The notes: a model not told the origin generated them from the letters alone. A stretch of DNA of 62,363 nt from Craspedostauros australis (GCA_030167865.1 JALAGF010004161.1:62001-124363), one strand, 5' to 3'. Numbered from the stretch's first letter, positions 34,348 through 47,315 are shown. A program made the numbers and translations.

Positions 34348-37052
34348 TCAAATCTCCGGCACCAAAGTGAGAATCGCCTTCTTGGCCACGTCTTTCTTCT
34401 CGCCGTCGGGCTGCGTGATGCATAGGTTGACGAGAGCGGACAGCAGTCCTTCATGTTCCGCCAGCGGACGTTTGTTGGGTTCCTTTTTGATGAGACACGC
34501 GACTGTGTCGACGGCCTTGTTGCGCGTGGTATCTGTGCCGTTCCCAAATTCGGATATCAGCGTCGTCAAGGTGTCGGCCACGTGCCCGTTTGCCATGTCG
34601 CTGGGCTGGGCGGCGGATCGTGGCGATTGCGTCTCGGCTTCGTGCGTCGCCAGCTCGTGCAGCAAATCCGAAACGGAGGCATGCACGTCCTTCGATGTCT
34701 GCACGGACGACTTCAATCGCATCCAGAACATATCCGAAAAGCTGTTGGGACCGCGCCGCCATGGACTCTTCGAAACGCATTGCTGCAGGCACCGGCATGC
34801 GGACGCAATCAGCTTGACGTCGTTCGTGGTTTCGACCCTCTTTTGCAAGGACGTCTCCAGAATTGGCCACAAGGCATCGTCCTCCAATCGTGCGATGAGA
34901 CAACTGAGCGCCTGACAAACCTGTATCTGCGCATCGCGATCGTTGTCGTCGTCATCGGAGGTGTCGGTCCGGATGGAGTTGACGAAGAATGAGATGATGT
35001 CATTCGTGCTCAGGGCGATCCAGCACGCGTTGTGAATATCGCTATCATCGCAAGCCTGCGTTGCGAGGCATCGTAAGGACCGCATGGCCCGTCGTCGCAC
35101 GTTGGAATCTGGATCCTCCTGCGCAAGACGCTTCAGCAACGGAATGATCTGATGTTGACCAATGCTGCTGGCAGAAGACGCGTCAAAGACCATCGTGGTG
35201 ACATGATCGTTCGTGATCAAATTGCCCAGCGCGCTGATGGCATTGCGACGTGTTTTGAGCGTCAAGTTTGCATCGTGCTCGCGCGACAGCATGCGGCACA
35301 GACCTTCCAGGATAATCATGGATGGCTTCGTGCTCATCCTCATGAGGGAGGTGGCCGTTGCGTCGGACAACGCCAAGTTCCAAACAATCGCCGTCAGCGA
35401 TTCCGCAAGCTTGCCGCCCATGTCAAATCCGCCAAGTGTCAGGAGGAGCGTCTGCTTCAAGGCTTCGCCGTGCGTCGTCAGGAGGTGCTCCTTATCTTCG
35501 CAACGCGATCGAAAGGAAAGGTCCTTGAGCAGACCGATCAATTCGTGAATGAGCGGCGGCGCGTCGTCATGCTGCGGGCGATGCGTGGAGTCATCGAATT
35601 GCATCGCGACCTGTTTGAAGTAGTCGAAGACCAGCTGCACGCACTGTCCGATCCATGGATCGAGATGGATGAGTTTCTGTTTGGTGCTTTCATCGTCGAT
35701 CTTTGCGTACATGCGCATGACCTGAAGGATGTCGAGGAGGACCGTGCGGGTGCCATCCCAGAGGGCGGCGACAGATGGACTACCTTCGGTGATGCGCTTC
35801 CACACATGCAGAAAGAGAGGCACGATATCTGTGCAGCCGAGACCTTGGAATGACTTCAACCGGTGTTGGGAGGAACATCTGTACAGATTTCGCAAGCATC
35901 GACAAACGAGCGAGACCTGCCCAGTGTCGCAGTCCGTCGAGACGATGTAACCCAGCTTGAGGCATAACGCTTTGTCGACGCCGATCTGCACTTCGTGGTC
36001 GTGCAGCGCGGTGTTGGAATGCGATAGTACATCCTGGGTATTTAGTAATGCCTGTTGTCGTTCGGAAGACGACACGGCATAGTTGAGTGACAAGAGGAGT
36101 TGTTTGTGTGACGACGGGGCTGTGTGGAATGTATTATAAGTACGTGTGGGTATGGCAGAATAAACGCATAACAGTTGGCGTTTGGGATGATTTTGTGAGC
36201 AGATGCAAGAAGTTGGTGAGTGTATTCGTAGTGGGATGTACTGTCATGTATGGTTGTGGACGCAGCTGATTGAGGTTAAGTAAGTGGCCCCAAGCTCCAG
36301 CTGCAGAAGGAGACGGTTCTGTCACAGCAATAGATGGCTCGAACGAGTATAGCAGCCCATTGTGATGCACGGGGATACTAATGGAAGATCGCAAAGCATT
36401 TGTGCTCAATAACCAAATAAACGCAGATAGATGCAGGTAGGTGTGGAAAGTAAGCATTCAGAATCAACTCACTGTCGATGGTTCGTCGACCTCCCAACGG
36501 TTCATGTTGTTGCAGTGGTTGTTGTTGCGGCTGCGGTGGTTGCTGCTGTTGTAGGTGCTGCGGTGGTTGTTGTTGCTGTTGTTGTTGATGCTGCAACTGA
36601 TCATGATGCTGACTGTGCTGATTCAGTCGCTGTGGTTGGTATTGCTGCGATTGTGGTTCTAACTGTTGATGAGACTGCTGATGTGCTGGTTGCTGATATT
36701 CGTAGTACTGCTGAGCGTCCACTGCCCCATCGTGGTACTGCTGCTGCTCATGTTGATGTTCATGTCGATGCTGCTGCTCATGTTGGTGTTGATGTCGTTG
36801 CTGATCAACCCTAGGCGGCATCGCAGCATAGCGACTTCCGCGATTGCCATCCTCGTGAATCGCAACGCGGCTACCCCCCAGCTCATGATGCGAATGCTTG
36901 ATGTGATCATCCGCGACGATCTGATGGGGAACGTAGTCGCCGAGACTATCCCTCGATTCATCAAACAGCAGATCGGCGGCGGATTGGAGACCTGGGATGC
37001 TCTCTGGCAGAGGCACCGCGGAGTCCACCCGCCGCTTCTTCCGATCATCCAT
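34348..37052 (-). CDS. Armadillo/HEAT-repeat protein with N-terminal polyQ/His region; exons 37052-36473 and 36119-34348
   Basis: Donor gaca|GTGAGT (36472) and acceptor cacAG|cc (36120) join the two ORFs in frame. ARM-like helices (RRNAISALGNL, VRRRAMRSLRCL, HEGLLSALVNL) and an NLS-like RKKRR at the N-terminus. Confidence 0.72.
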
Positions 37053-38377
37053 GATGCTGCCTTTCTCGCCTGCCCCTTCGTGGATGTCGGTGTTTGCACG
37101 AGCGTGGATGTGAAGGTCACGGCCAGCGATGGCCTTGCCGCTGGTTGTGGCTTTGTTTGTGTGTGCCTTCCCTCTTAGGCGTTCGCCTGTTGCTCGATGT
37201 GTCTCTTACTGCTCGTCCGAGTATGCTCCGACCCCTGTTAGCACTGCTCGAGCGGTGGCCATTCCGATCGGCCCCACCAAACAGAGGTGGTCACAATGGA
37301 ACTCTCCCAATCTCCGCGCTCGTACGACTACTGCTATAATTGCTTCGACGATTACTTCCGCAGATGCTTCTGCTACGGCTATGCCTTGCACTCTTATCAG
37401 TACGACTGCTATTGGTATTGGTGCTCGTGCAGCACTCCCACGAGCAGGGCCTCGTACTGATGTTTGCACGAGCACGAGTGCGGATCCCCGCTTCCATCAT
37501 GTTGCCGGGATGGGTCGTACGAGTGCTCGCACTTCGCCGCCCACCGCCATGGTCGTTGGAGCGTCAAAACAACCAACCACCCTCTCTCGCCGCCAACCGA
37601 CCCCACACTGCCAGACATAGTTCGCCTTGTGGAACGGAGAATTCGTCGGGCGCCTTTCCCCAGACCCCTCCAACCATGTCGCCAGAACAGATCGATCGCC
37701 GCACAAAGTGACACGGCAAACGGCTGTTGATGTGGCTTCCCTTTCTATCTTACCGCGAAGAAATTTCTTGTGTGGGCGGGAGACTGCCGCTAAAGAAATG
37801 TCCCAATGGAAAACCGTTGTTCAGCCGTGTTTGGGAGACTTCCCTTCGTCGTTCAAAACGCCCGCCCGGCTACACAAAATGTCGCAGCGGACATGAGATG
37901 GTGATGATTTATTGTCGTCCCTCTTTCTGTTCGAATCCAACATCACAAACTCGAACTCTCGACACGCGCGAGCTTTTTTCGTGTCACAAGAGAACCATCG
38001 ATCAAGTGTTGGCACAGAATCGTGTGGCTGGCGTCATCTTGTGTTCACGCGATGTCGGATGGTGACGTCGATGTGATGTGCCGCTGTGATGCGTATGTTC
38101 ACATTGATGAGACCCGACAGCACCAGAGAGGCCAAAACACGAACATTCATCAACGGTTCTCCCTTGTGTCTGCCGAAGCACTCGTCGCGTGGCAGAGTAT
38201 CTTCCTGGTTGGCGACACACGACAGCAACGCACCTCTTCCTCGATGCGCCACATCGTGCTTCGAGGACTCATAATCGTGTAATACTTACCTATAATAGTA
38301 TAGCAGAGCACCAGCTTCATTCGACACCTTCGGATTCATCTCTCCGTCACCTTCCCATTTTGGCACCTGCTTCGATC

Positions 38378-40219
38378 ATGTACGGATGCTCCACGCGACG
38401 CACGATGGTGAGGAGAGCACGGTATCTGCGCCCGGTCGCTGGGTGGAGGAGCAACTTGGCACTGCCCATCGCGGTCGCCACGACTCTCCTCGCCAACCAT
38501 CATGCGCAGGTCCATGCCTTCCTCGTGTCTGGAGCTCAGCGAGCCCACACGACATCACAAATGCGAGCACCGCTGAATCCAATCTGTTATCAGCGATCGG
38601 TCAATCGCCCATCACGTAAGTGCATTGCGACTGGCAGTGCGAGTGCTGCTACGCAATATCTTGAGAGCAGACGGTCCTTCTCTTCGACGATGATGACGGC
38701 AATGTCGTCCGACTCGTCATCTGCATCGCAACGGTTGACACCAACCCCAACGGAGAAGCAGATGACGCAGGATGCCATGCAGATCTGCAATGATGCCATC
38801 GACGCCGTCAACCCCTATTCCGCCATCCGGTCGCATCTTCGTGTTGCGAATGATGTCTTGACCATCCAGCAGGGTGATGCAACGTCGAAGGAATCCATCA
38901 ATCTCACCGACTACAGCAAGCTGGTGCTGGTGGCAACCGGCAAGGCTTCGTCCGCCATGGCCACGGCCGTCACGCAGCAACTCGAAGCCGGGTCGCCATC
39001 GGCGTTGCAGAAGCTCTCGGGAGTGGTCATCTGCAAGGATGATCACGCCACGCAGCAGGAGGAGGAACTTCTAGCCAACAGCAACGTCTCGATTCAGTAC
39101 GCATCGCATCCAGTCCCAGACGTCCGCTCCTCGCAAGCCGCCAAGGCCGTTTTGGATCTGGTGCGCGACACCGCCAGCAAGGACACCTTGGTGCTGTGCT
39201 GCATCAGCGGCGGCGGCTCCTCGTTATTCTGCCGTCCGCAGGATCCATTGACGTTGGAGGATCTGCAAGCCACCAACAGCGCGCTGCTTGCATCCGGTCT
39301 CGATATTCAAGACATGAACGTCATCCGCAAGCGCTTGGAAGAGGGCAAAGGCGGCCGGTTGGCCGGTGCTGCGTTTCCGTCCAAACTGGTGGGCCTCGTG
39401 CTCAGCGATGTGCTCGGCGATCCTCTGGATCTCATCGCCAGCGGTCCGACCGTCCCGGACACCAGCACGTGGGCGTCGGCCATGGCGTTGGTGGAGCAGC
39501 ATAAGTTGCACGACAAGCTTCCTCACAAGGTCATGGAGATGTTGCGCGACGGAGATAATGGGAAGCTGCCGGACTCGCCCTCTGCAGATGATGCGGCATT
39601 CCAAACCACTTCAACAGTTCTCGTTGGCAACAATGAGAAGGCAGTCATGGCGGCTGCAGATTCTGCCAAACAGTTGGGCTACGATCCCATAGTCTTGGGA
39701 TCCCAGTTTGAGGGTGAGGCGAAGGAGGTTGCCAACGTGTATGTCGCCATGGCTCTGTACCTGCAACAACAATATTCAAAGCTTGGTAGCACCGACGACA
39801 ATGGTGCATCCTTGGGTCCGTATTCATTGCGACCAACTCTTCCCATTGCGCTGATCGCAGGTGGCGAGACCACCGTGTCATTGCCAAGCGACCATGGTTT
39901 GGGCGGGAGGAATCAAGAGCTTGCACTTGCCGCGGCGGTTCGGATGCACGCTCTCGACATGCGCAACGTGGTCCTGGCGAGCGTAGGCACGGATGGAACG
40001 GACGGTCCCACAGATGCCGCTGGCGGCGTCGTGGACGGCACCACAGTGACCGGAGACTTGAAGGCGGCGTTGGCCGCCATGAATGGTCATGATGCTTACC
40101 CTTACTTGGCGGCGTTGGATGCTGGCGACATGCCACCACCGTTGATCAAGACAGGTCCAACAGGAACGAACGTTGCTGACATCTGCGTGACTCTGATCCA
40201 GCCACCAACCAATCAGTAG
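38378..40219 (+). CDS. GLYCTK: Glycerate kinase, class II / MOFRL family (GLYCTK/TtuD-like), with organellar presequence
   Basis: ATGKASSAMA, ASHPVPD, ISGGGSSL, MNVIRKRL...KGGRLA, LSDVLGDPLDLIASGPT, AGGETTV, GGRNQELAL, GTDGTDGPTDAAG and TGPTGTNVADI. Confidence 0.94.
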   Translation: MYGCSTRRTMVRRARYLRPVAGWRSNLALPIAVATTLLANHHAQVHAFLVSGAQRAHTTSQMRAPLNPICYQRSVNRPSRKCIATGSASAATQYLESRRSFSSTMMTAMSSDSSSASQRLTPTPTEKQMTQDAMQICNDAIDAVNPYSAIRSHLRVANDVLTIQQGDATSKESINLTDYSKLVLVATGKASSAMATAVTQQLEAGSPSALQKLSGVVICKDDHATQQEEELLANSNVSIQYASHPVPDVRSSQAAKAVLDLVRDTASKDTLVLCCISGGGSSLFCRPQDPLTLEDLQATNSALLASGLDIQDMNVIRKRLEEGKGGRLAGAAFPSKLVGLVLSDVLGDPLDLIASGPTVPDTSTWASAMALVEQHKLHDKLPHKVMEMLRDGDNGKLPDSPSADDAAFQTTSTVLVGNNEKAVMAAADSAKQLGYDPIVLGSQFEGEAKEVANVYVAMALYLQQQYSKLGSTDDNGASLGPYSLRPTLPIALIAGGETTVSLPSDHGLGGRNQELALAAAVRMHALDMRNVVLASVGTDGTDGPTDAAGGVVDGTTVTGDLKAALAAMNGHDAYPYLAALDAGDMPPPLIKTGPTGTNVADICVTLIQPPTNQ

Positions 40220-40423
40220 TTTGATTTCTCCAAAGTGGAGTGGAGTGGAGTAGAGTACTCTGCAGACATGCCCCATTCTCCAGTTGTTGCAGCGTATACT
40301 TGCCTTGCACTCCGACCCATCAAACGTCAAGTAGTGCATAGAGTAAGCATACATATGTACTAGTACACTTAATTATCGCGCGTTGTCGTTTCTTTCCCTC
40401 GTCGTTGACGCCATGCACGTCAT

Positions 40424-43321
40424 TCACGTTGCCTTAGCGTCCACGGCATCGGCAGTTTCATCCTTCGTTGTATCCCCATCAGTCGCTTCTTCCTTGACAG
40501 CGTCACTCAGTTTCTCTTCTGCCTTGCTTTCCTCGGTCGGCTTGTCTTCTTCCTTGACCTCCTCGGCTGGTTTCTCTTCTTCGACGTAGCCGAGCGCACG
40601 CAGCTTGGTCAGCATACCATCCATGTCCGCCTTGTTCACGAGGCAATTAGCGTTGTCTCCACGACATTTCCACATCACGACGACGAGCTTCTTCAGATAG
40701 TCCGTCTCGAAGCCCTTCAGGTAGATGACGAAAGATCCCATGGACAGCGCCTTGGTCTCCTTCTCGATTTCGGACGAGAAACTCGCAAGGCGAATCACCT
40801 CATTCTGCAGACAGTTGCGAAAATCTTTGATGTCCACGCCGATCTTGCGCTTGGTCATGTGAGGGTGGACCAGGTGCACGCCTTCCTGTGCGATGCGGTA
40901 TCCCACGGCGCATTCGTTCTTATTGCGAACGAATCCCTTGAGACCCGAGCTGATGACAGTGACGCGCTCCTGCATGCCCTGGCTGATTAAAGATCTGATG
41001 GACTTGCCCATGAGGTACAGCACCTTGGCTTCGCCGCCGGCACGCATCATGTAGCAGCCACTGTCAAAGCTGTCGGAGGAGAGGCCGTAGTACTCCACCA
41101 AGGGATCGAAAGTCTCTGTTGGGATGGGGATGAAGTCATCGACGCCAAGCGTGGCGTGCTTCTTGCCGTCCTTATCGGTCAGGTAATTGCGCTTGACCGC
41201 TCCCCTCACGACGTTCTCGCTGTTCTTCTCACCACTGATGGTCGTCTCAGCGGCTGCGTCCGGCGCAGCTTCGGTCATGGCGACGTCGGTTTCAGATTTG
41301 ACGGCGCTGTCCTTAGCGGCCGCGGGAGGATCCACAGGATCGATCTTTACCTTCTTCACCTTTGGTTCGGAATCATCTGTTGTACTCTCCGGAGCATCCT
41401 TCTTGCCATTGTCATCCTTCTGCTTGATGCCCAAATTGTTGGCATTGTCGGTCTCCATGGAATCCAATAGATCTTGGAATCGTTTGCGGGCTCGTGGATT
41501 GATGGGTGATACCTTCTTGAAGAGGGCAACAAAGAACCCACCAGTGTCCATATCCTGAGGCAGCACGCGCTTGCATCGTTTCAAGTGGAAGGCTTTGACT
41601 TCGTCCTCCGTTGGCGGAAAGCACGATGGGCGGATGCGACGTCGCAGTTCCTTCGGAACCTCATCGTGTGTATTGTATTGCTTCAAGCCGACCGACTCGC
41701 AGTGTTTGAGCAGCTTATCGTCATCGTAGGAATCTGGTTTGAACAGCTCATCATCGTCATCTTTCTTGGCTTCCTTTTTGTCTGCTGGTGCTGGTGCTGC
41801 TTCTGCTTCTGCTGGTGCTGCTTCTGTTGGTGCCGGTGAGTCATCTGTTTTGATGATGGATGCTGCAGTATCTTTTGCCGGCTCAGTTGCGCCCTCCTTC
41901 GTTGTGCTGGTCTCGGTAGTATCCCCACTACCACCGTCAGCAGTAGCAATAGCAGTATCTGTACCAGCCGCATCATCAGTCTTCATGGCATCATCTGTTC
42001 CATCCTTTGCATTGTCCTCCGTTTGGCCTTCTTCGTCCTTCTTCTTTTTCTTGTCCGCCCAAGCCTTGCGACGTGCCTGCATCTTTGGATTGTTCTTCTT
42101 CTCAATGTCCTTGGCCCTGCGATTGCTGCGGCTCTCGCTGAGCACCTTCCACGACGTGAGACCTGGACGCGCGATCAAACCCTCCAGGTCGGGCCTACGA
42201 TCGACCAGTTCCAAGCTACCCTCCGTCGATCGCAAGATCTCCGCCACGACGGCTTCATTCTCCATCGGATTGAGGGAGCACGTGGAGTAGCACAGGTACC
42301 CGCCGACCTTGGTCAACCGGGCGCCCTTCAAGGCGATGGCGACCTGCAGGGTGTGCAAGCCGTACGCGTTGAGCTGGTTCCACTTCTTCCACACGCCGGG
42401 ATTCTTGCGCGTCGTGCCGTCTCCGGCGCACGGCACGTCGCACAGGACGCGGTCGAAGAGGCCCTCCGTGGGATGCTCGGCATCGCGGATCAGCGGGAAG
42501 AACTGGGCGTTGCAGCTCGTGACGAAGGCCGATGGCGAATTGATGCGTCGCAGCTGATGCACCAGCATGTAGGCGCGCTTGGAGTCCGAGTCGTTGGCGA
42601 CGACGACGCCGGTGGGTTCGGTGTCGTTGGGATGGGCGGGGAGGTTGACGATCTCGAGGATCTGGGAGGTCTTGGAGCCCGGCGCGGCGCACATGTCGAG
42701 GACCTTGTGATGCGGATGCACGTCGAGGACGACTGGCGGCAGCATGCTGACGGTCTCCTGGCGCGTGACGAAGCCCGCCTCCGTCTGGACCTTGAGCCAG
42801 TCGTGGAAGTCCGAGAGCTTGGGGTTGCGACGGATGGTCTGTCGATCCAGGCTGAGCTGGTAGCCGTGCGGGATGTAGGTGAGCTTCTTGACGGGCGCCA
42901 CCAAGCGCTTCTCCGGCTTGAGGTCCAGCATCTGCCTGCGCCGCTCGCCGCCCTTGGGGATCATGAGGATCTCCATCTCCTTGCCCACCAGCTCGTCTAG
43001 CTCGTGTTCCAGCCGCTCGCACAGCTTGGGGTCCACGTCCAAACCGAAGCGGAACGAGGCCGGCAGGATGGACTTGAGGCTCGCGAGGAACCTGACGCGC
43101 TCCTCCTCGCGCTGCTCATCCGTCTCGCAGTCCTTGAACGTCCCGCTCTCCTTGTCGTAGTACTGGTTGTGAAGGCCCTGGTAGGCGTAGTAGGCCTCCA
43201 TCTTGAAGTTGCCGCCATCCACCATCTCGTACGGATTGCGCTCCTGACCATACTTCGATGGGTCGTTGGGCTTCTGCACCCGCTTCTTCCCCCTGTTCTT
43301 GCGCTTCCAACGGTGGCCCAT
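40424..43321 (-). CDS. NSUN2: tRNA (cytosine-5)-methyltransferase NSUN2/Trm4
   Basis: RQETVSMLPP, VLDMCAAPGSKT, FDRVLCDVPCAGDGT, YSTCSLNPMENEAVV and DTGGFFVA. ATG (MGHRWKRK) at 43321. Confidence 0.95.
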   Translation of the reverse strand: MGHRWKRKNRGKKRVQKPNDPSKYGQERNPYEMVDGGNFKMEAYYAYQGLHNQYYDKESGTFKDCETDEQREEERVRFLASLKSILPASFRFGLDVDPKLCERLEHELDELVGKEMEILMIPKGGERRRQMLDLKPEKRLVAPVKKLTYIPHGYQLSLDRQTIRRNPKLSDFHDWLKVQTEAGFVTRQETVSMLPPVVLDVHPHHKVLDMCAAPGSKTSQILEIVNLPAHPNDTEPTGVVVANDSDSKRAYMLVHQLRRINSPSAFVTSCNAQFFPLIRDAEHPTEGLFDRVLCDVPCAGDGTTRKNPGVWKKWNQLNAYGLHTLQVAIALKGARLTKVGGYLCYSTCSLNPMENEAVVAEILRSTEGSLELVDRRPDLEGLIARPGLTSWKVLSESRSNRRAKDIEKKNNPKMQARRKAWADKKKKKDEEGQTEDNAKDGTDDAMKTDDAAGTDTAIATADGGSGDTTETSTTKEGATEPAKDTAASIIKTDDSPAPTEAAPAEAEAAPAPADKKEAKKDDDDELFKPDSYDDDKLLKHCESVGLKQYNTHDEVPKELRRRIRPSCFPPTEDEVKAFHLKRCKRVLPQDMDTGGFFVALFKKVSPINPRARKRFQDLLDSMETDNANNLGIKQKDDNGKKDAPESTTDDSEPKVKKVKIDPVDPPAAAKDSAVKSETDVAMTEAAPDAAAETTISGEKNSENVVRGAVKRNYLTDKDGKKHATLGVDDFIPIPTETFDPLVEYYGLSSDSFDSGCYMMRAGGEAKVLYLMGKSIRSLISQGMQERVTVISSGLKGFVRNKNECAVGYRIAQEGVHLVHPHMTKRKIGVDIKDFRNCLQNEVIRLASFSSEIEKETKALSMGSFVIYLKGFETDYLKKLVVVMWKCRGDNANCLVNKADMDGMLTKLRALGYVEEEKPAEEVKEEDKPTEESKAEEKLSDAVKEEATDGDTTKDETADAVDAKAT

Positions 43322-43720
43322 CTTGCTATATCCTATAATCGAGAATTGCTGCAACACTTGTACAATACTATGGATGGATGGATGGATGGATTCTCAGCAA
43401 AGGCTTTGGTGGATTGCCACAGAGCTCTTTGTGATGATAATGATGATGATGTTGTTGATGTCTCCTCGGCCGATTTTCCGTTTCGTTTCATTTTGTGCTC
43501 ATCTTTTCGTGTGGATGTGGTTCCGTCATTGTCTGGCCACCCTCCGTGCATTTCCACGATTGAGATCTACAAATGAAGCTAGAGAAAGAGAGAGGGTTGC
43601 AATCGAAATGTGGACTGAGATTGGAGTGACAGACACAAGCAATACTCAAAGCCTACTTCTGCAACAGACAATCATGCAGATACACACCAGGCTATTCCTG
43701 TATTTGTTTATCCGTCGCTT

Positions 43721-46592
43721 TTACAGGACGTCCCTGCCCCCGTACGAATCGATGTAGGCCTTGGCGATCTTGATCTGCTCCTTCTTGACCTTTCGGCTCC
43801 ATCCGAGTTCTGTCGCCATGATGTCGGCGACTGGTTCGATGGCGGCCATCGCTGCCTCCTTGTTCAAAAATGCCAGTCGCGTCCGTCTGCTCAGCACATC
43901 CTCGATGGTGCAGGCGTACTGCGGAAGGGGGGAAACATGGAGACCGTGTTCATGGACGTGGATTTGGAAGGGTTGGTGGGATCGGTTCATTCGTCAGAGA
44001 CAGAGCGCGGAATGATAAGATTGTGAGTGATTGTCATTCGATTGGATTGTCGAATCGTACCTGAATCTCGCGGATTGCTCCTTGAGCACAAGTACTCTGC
44101 TAACGAATGCAACATTCTGCCCACCACACTTACCTCGCGACATGCCCATCGCACGTCTTCCTCGAGATACGGAAAGCCGTCCACCAACTTCTTGGAATTG
44201 GATTTACCCTGCTGCTGCATGACCTCCCATGCACGTGCGCCATACGATGTGGAAAGATGGGCGGCCACTTCTTTGCTCAATCCATACTTTTGCACCAGTT
44301 GAATGGGCAGGCTTGTGGAGACTGCGTCGACCAAAGAATCAAATGAAGGTCCAAAGTATTGGTCAGTTTGAGATGCGACAATGAAATATCCGTATCAATG
44401 TGCACACTCGGGCACGTTTGTGGACACACAAGCCGTGCATTAGTCGTAGAATAGCGCACCCGGGTGGTCATCAACAAATCGCAGGACGGCAATCACCACC
44501 AATTCACAACAGTCAACATGTTCAGCAACAAATATGCACAGATCAAATGCCCAACTTACATCCATCACCTCCGAACAACTTCGTTTCCAGTGTGGTGCAT
44601 TCCGGTCCGTTGCTGCCGACCACACGATCCACAACTTCCTCCGCCATCTCTCTCCACGTCGTCCACTTGCCACCAGCGATGAAGATCACGCCACTCTGCG
44701 GATTCTCCGATATGACATGATCACGCGATGCTGGTGCACCGGGCGGTGCGTGTGGATCGGCAGCCAACGGACGCCATCCCTGCCATGCGCTGAGCACATC
44801 AGAACGTTGGATTTCGATATCGTCGCGCAGGTAGGTTTGACATTCCTTCAGCAGCCACTCGATTTCATCCTCCGGTGGCGTCGGCAAGGTCTCCGCAGGG
44901 CAGGCGCGGTCCGTCGTGCCGATGAGGGTGTGGTTCTGCCATGGCAGGAAGAACAGGAATCGCCCGTCGCTCGTATTGTAATCCAGCAAGCCCATCTGCG
45001 CATCGTTTTTGGTGCAAGTGCAAGATCGAGTCCGTGCGGTAGCGCGAGTGCAAAAGTAGCGCAGTTGGTAAAATAGTGGGTATTGGAGTATGCAAGTGGG
45101 TGAGTGAAAGCATGTCGAAACGAGACACGGACAAGCAGACAAGATGATATTCAATCCACGCTTGTGGTATTGACACTCAGCAAACATACCAAGACAACCA
45201 ATAATAGCAATAACGCAAGTACGAGTACAATCGCACCGCACACACACTCGTACTTACCCGATCAGGACAAAAACAACCAGGCACAACGATATGAATTCCC
45301 GATGCACCACGCACGGCCGGTTGCATCGCTCCTTCGTCATCGTTGTGCTCCAGCTCTCGCAATCCATCCGTGAAGGGACCGCCGGCGAACACCACCTTCT
45401 TGGCATGCACGGCGAACGATTCTCCCGTCATGCGATCCGTGGCTTCGATGCCCACCACCTTGTTGCTGGAGTCCTGGATTGTGCCCGTCATCTCCACGTA
45501 ATTGGCAATATGAGCACCATGCTCGGCAGCGCTCATAGCGATGGCCTGGTTCGTGCGCGAATCGTTGTGCTGCGCCTCGTAAAAGACGGCGCAGTACTTC
45601 ATGTTGGTGCTTGCCAGCTGCGGAAATTGCTGCTGGGCCGTTTTTGGCGTCAGGATGTAGGACGGCGGGCACTTGAAGTAGGACAGCGCGTCGTAGAACT
45701 TGAGCACTGCCGGTGCCAGCACGGGGAAGAATCCGAACAGCCAATGGCCGAACGGCGGCGGCGAGACGTGCCATCGATCGAAGGGAATGGCGATGGGGAT
45801 CCAATTGCACAGATGCTTCTGCTGCACCATCATGTAGTTGCGTTCCGTGTGACAGTTGTAGACCATCTTCATCTCGCCCCAAAAATTCTTGACCGTCGTT
45901 GCCGGCGACGTGAAGAGCTTGGGCGACAGCAAGGTGGCCGAGGCGGTCGCCATGTACTTGATGCCGGCCCAAATGAGCTTGGTGGATCGCGACGAAGTTT
46001 CTGACCCGAAATCGCCGCGTTCTACACACGCCACGTTCAATCCGCGCAGGGCGCCGTCGAATGCAATGCCAGCGCCCGTGGCACCGGCGCCGATGACGAG
46101 GATGTCGTAGGGTTCTTCCTTCGTGGATTGACGCAGCCGTCGCACCTGTTCGGCACGCGACGGAATTCCCTTGGGACCATCGATTTCTTTGGGGTTGGAG
46201 ATGACGCTCGTGATGGCCAGGCCGGCATCTCGCTTTGCGACGTGAGGCGTCTTGGTACTGTCTGCAGCGACGGCGCTTGTTGCCAGCATGCGTGTCTGCT
46301 GGTTTACAGCATTGCTAGTTGCAATTGGGGAAGCTTGTTGGCATGACAGCTTTCTGTTCATGCTGAACATCTCGTCGATGGGATCGTGAGGGGCAACCGC
46401 GAAGGCAAGGGCCACCACTGGTCCCATCCTCGAGTGGATCATTCGCACGCGGGACATGTTGCTGTTGCTGCTTTTGCTGCTGCTGTTGCGATTGTTGATG
46501 AGGTGGCTATGTGTGCTTGCGAGAGGGAAAGTGCGGTTGTTGCCGACCGAGGTGCATCGTCTCGCTTTCGAAACGACTTTGTGAGAAATCAT
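43721..46592 (-). CDS. GPD2: Mitochondrial FAD-dependent glycerol-3-phosphate dehydrogenase; exons ~46592-45258, 44995-44560, 44321-44134, 43918-43721 (start uncertain)
   Basis: YDILVIGAGATGAG, DFGSETSSRSTKLIWAG, TSDGRFLFFLPW...IGTTD, SAWQGWRPL, GGKWTTWREMAE and YACTIEDVLSRRTRLAFLN. Three in-phase GT-AG introns. Confidence 0.94.
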
Positions 46593-47315
46593 TCTCGGTG
46601 TCGGCAGCAGCAGCGACAGTGAGTGCAGTGTATCGTCACGGGAAGGAGGTGATGTGTCCGCAGTCAGATCCTGCCTGCTTCTTCCGCTGCGACAGGATCG
46701 TAAGTCGTTCGCCTCCTTCTTCTTCTCTTCCTTTTGTTTGACACCTGCCTTCGCCGCAGCGATGTGGCTCCTCTTGGGTTCTGATGGATTGATACTTTTG
46801 TTGTGTCGAAAATGCGGCAAGTGCCGATGTCTGCCACCGTTCAACCTTCCCTGCGCGAGAAGCGTCGTCACGACCAACGAAGGTCGACGATAAATGCTGT
46901 TGCGGGGTCACATCATGACGCATCGTTTGCTTGTCAGTTGTTGACACCAACGAGCGTTTGGGAATGACGGAAGCGAAAAAAGTGATGGGTCGAGAAAAAC
47001 GCAACGAGTTCGAGAATCTGTGAATGACGTCACGAATCTCCCATCATAGTATATCAAATGTGTACTATATCTAGTACTCATAGGTACTGCTGTGCAAGAT
47101 CGAATATTGATATATCTCATGATTAGTATATCTATATCCAGAAGAACAAAAACGTGAGAAAAGAGAATGAAAACAAAATGACCGTGATGGTGCCCAACGG
47201 CACAACCGACGCAACAACATCGTAGTTGTCGCCATTGCCACTGTTGCCGTCATGGCCAACATCACCACCGTGCGCTGGGCATGCATGCATTGCACAACCT
47301 TGTGATTGACGATCG

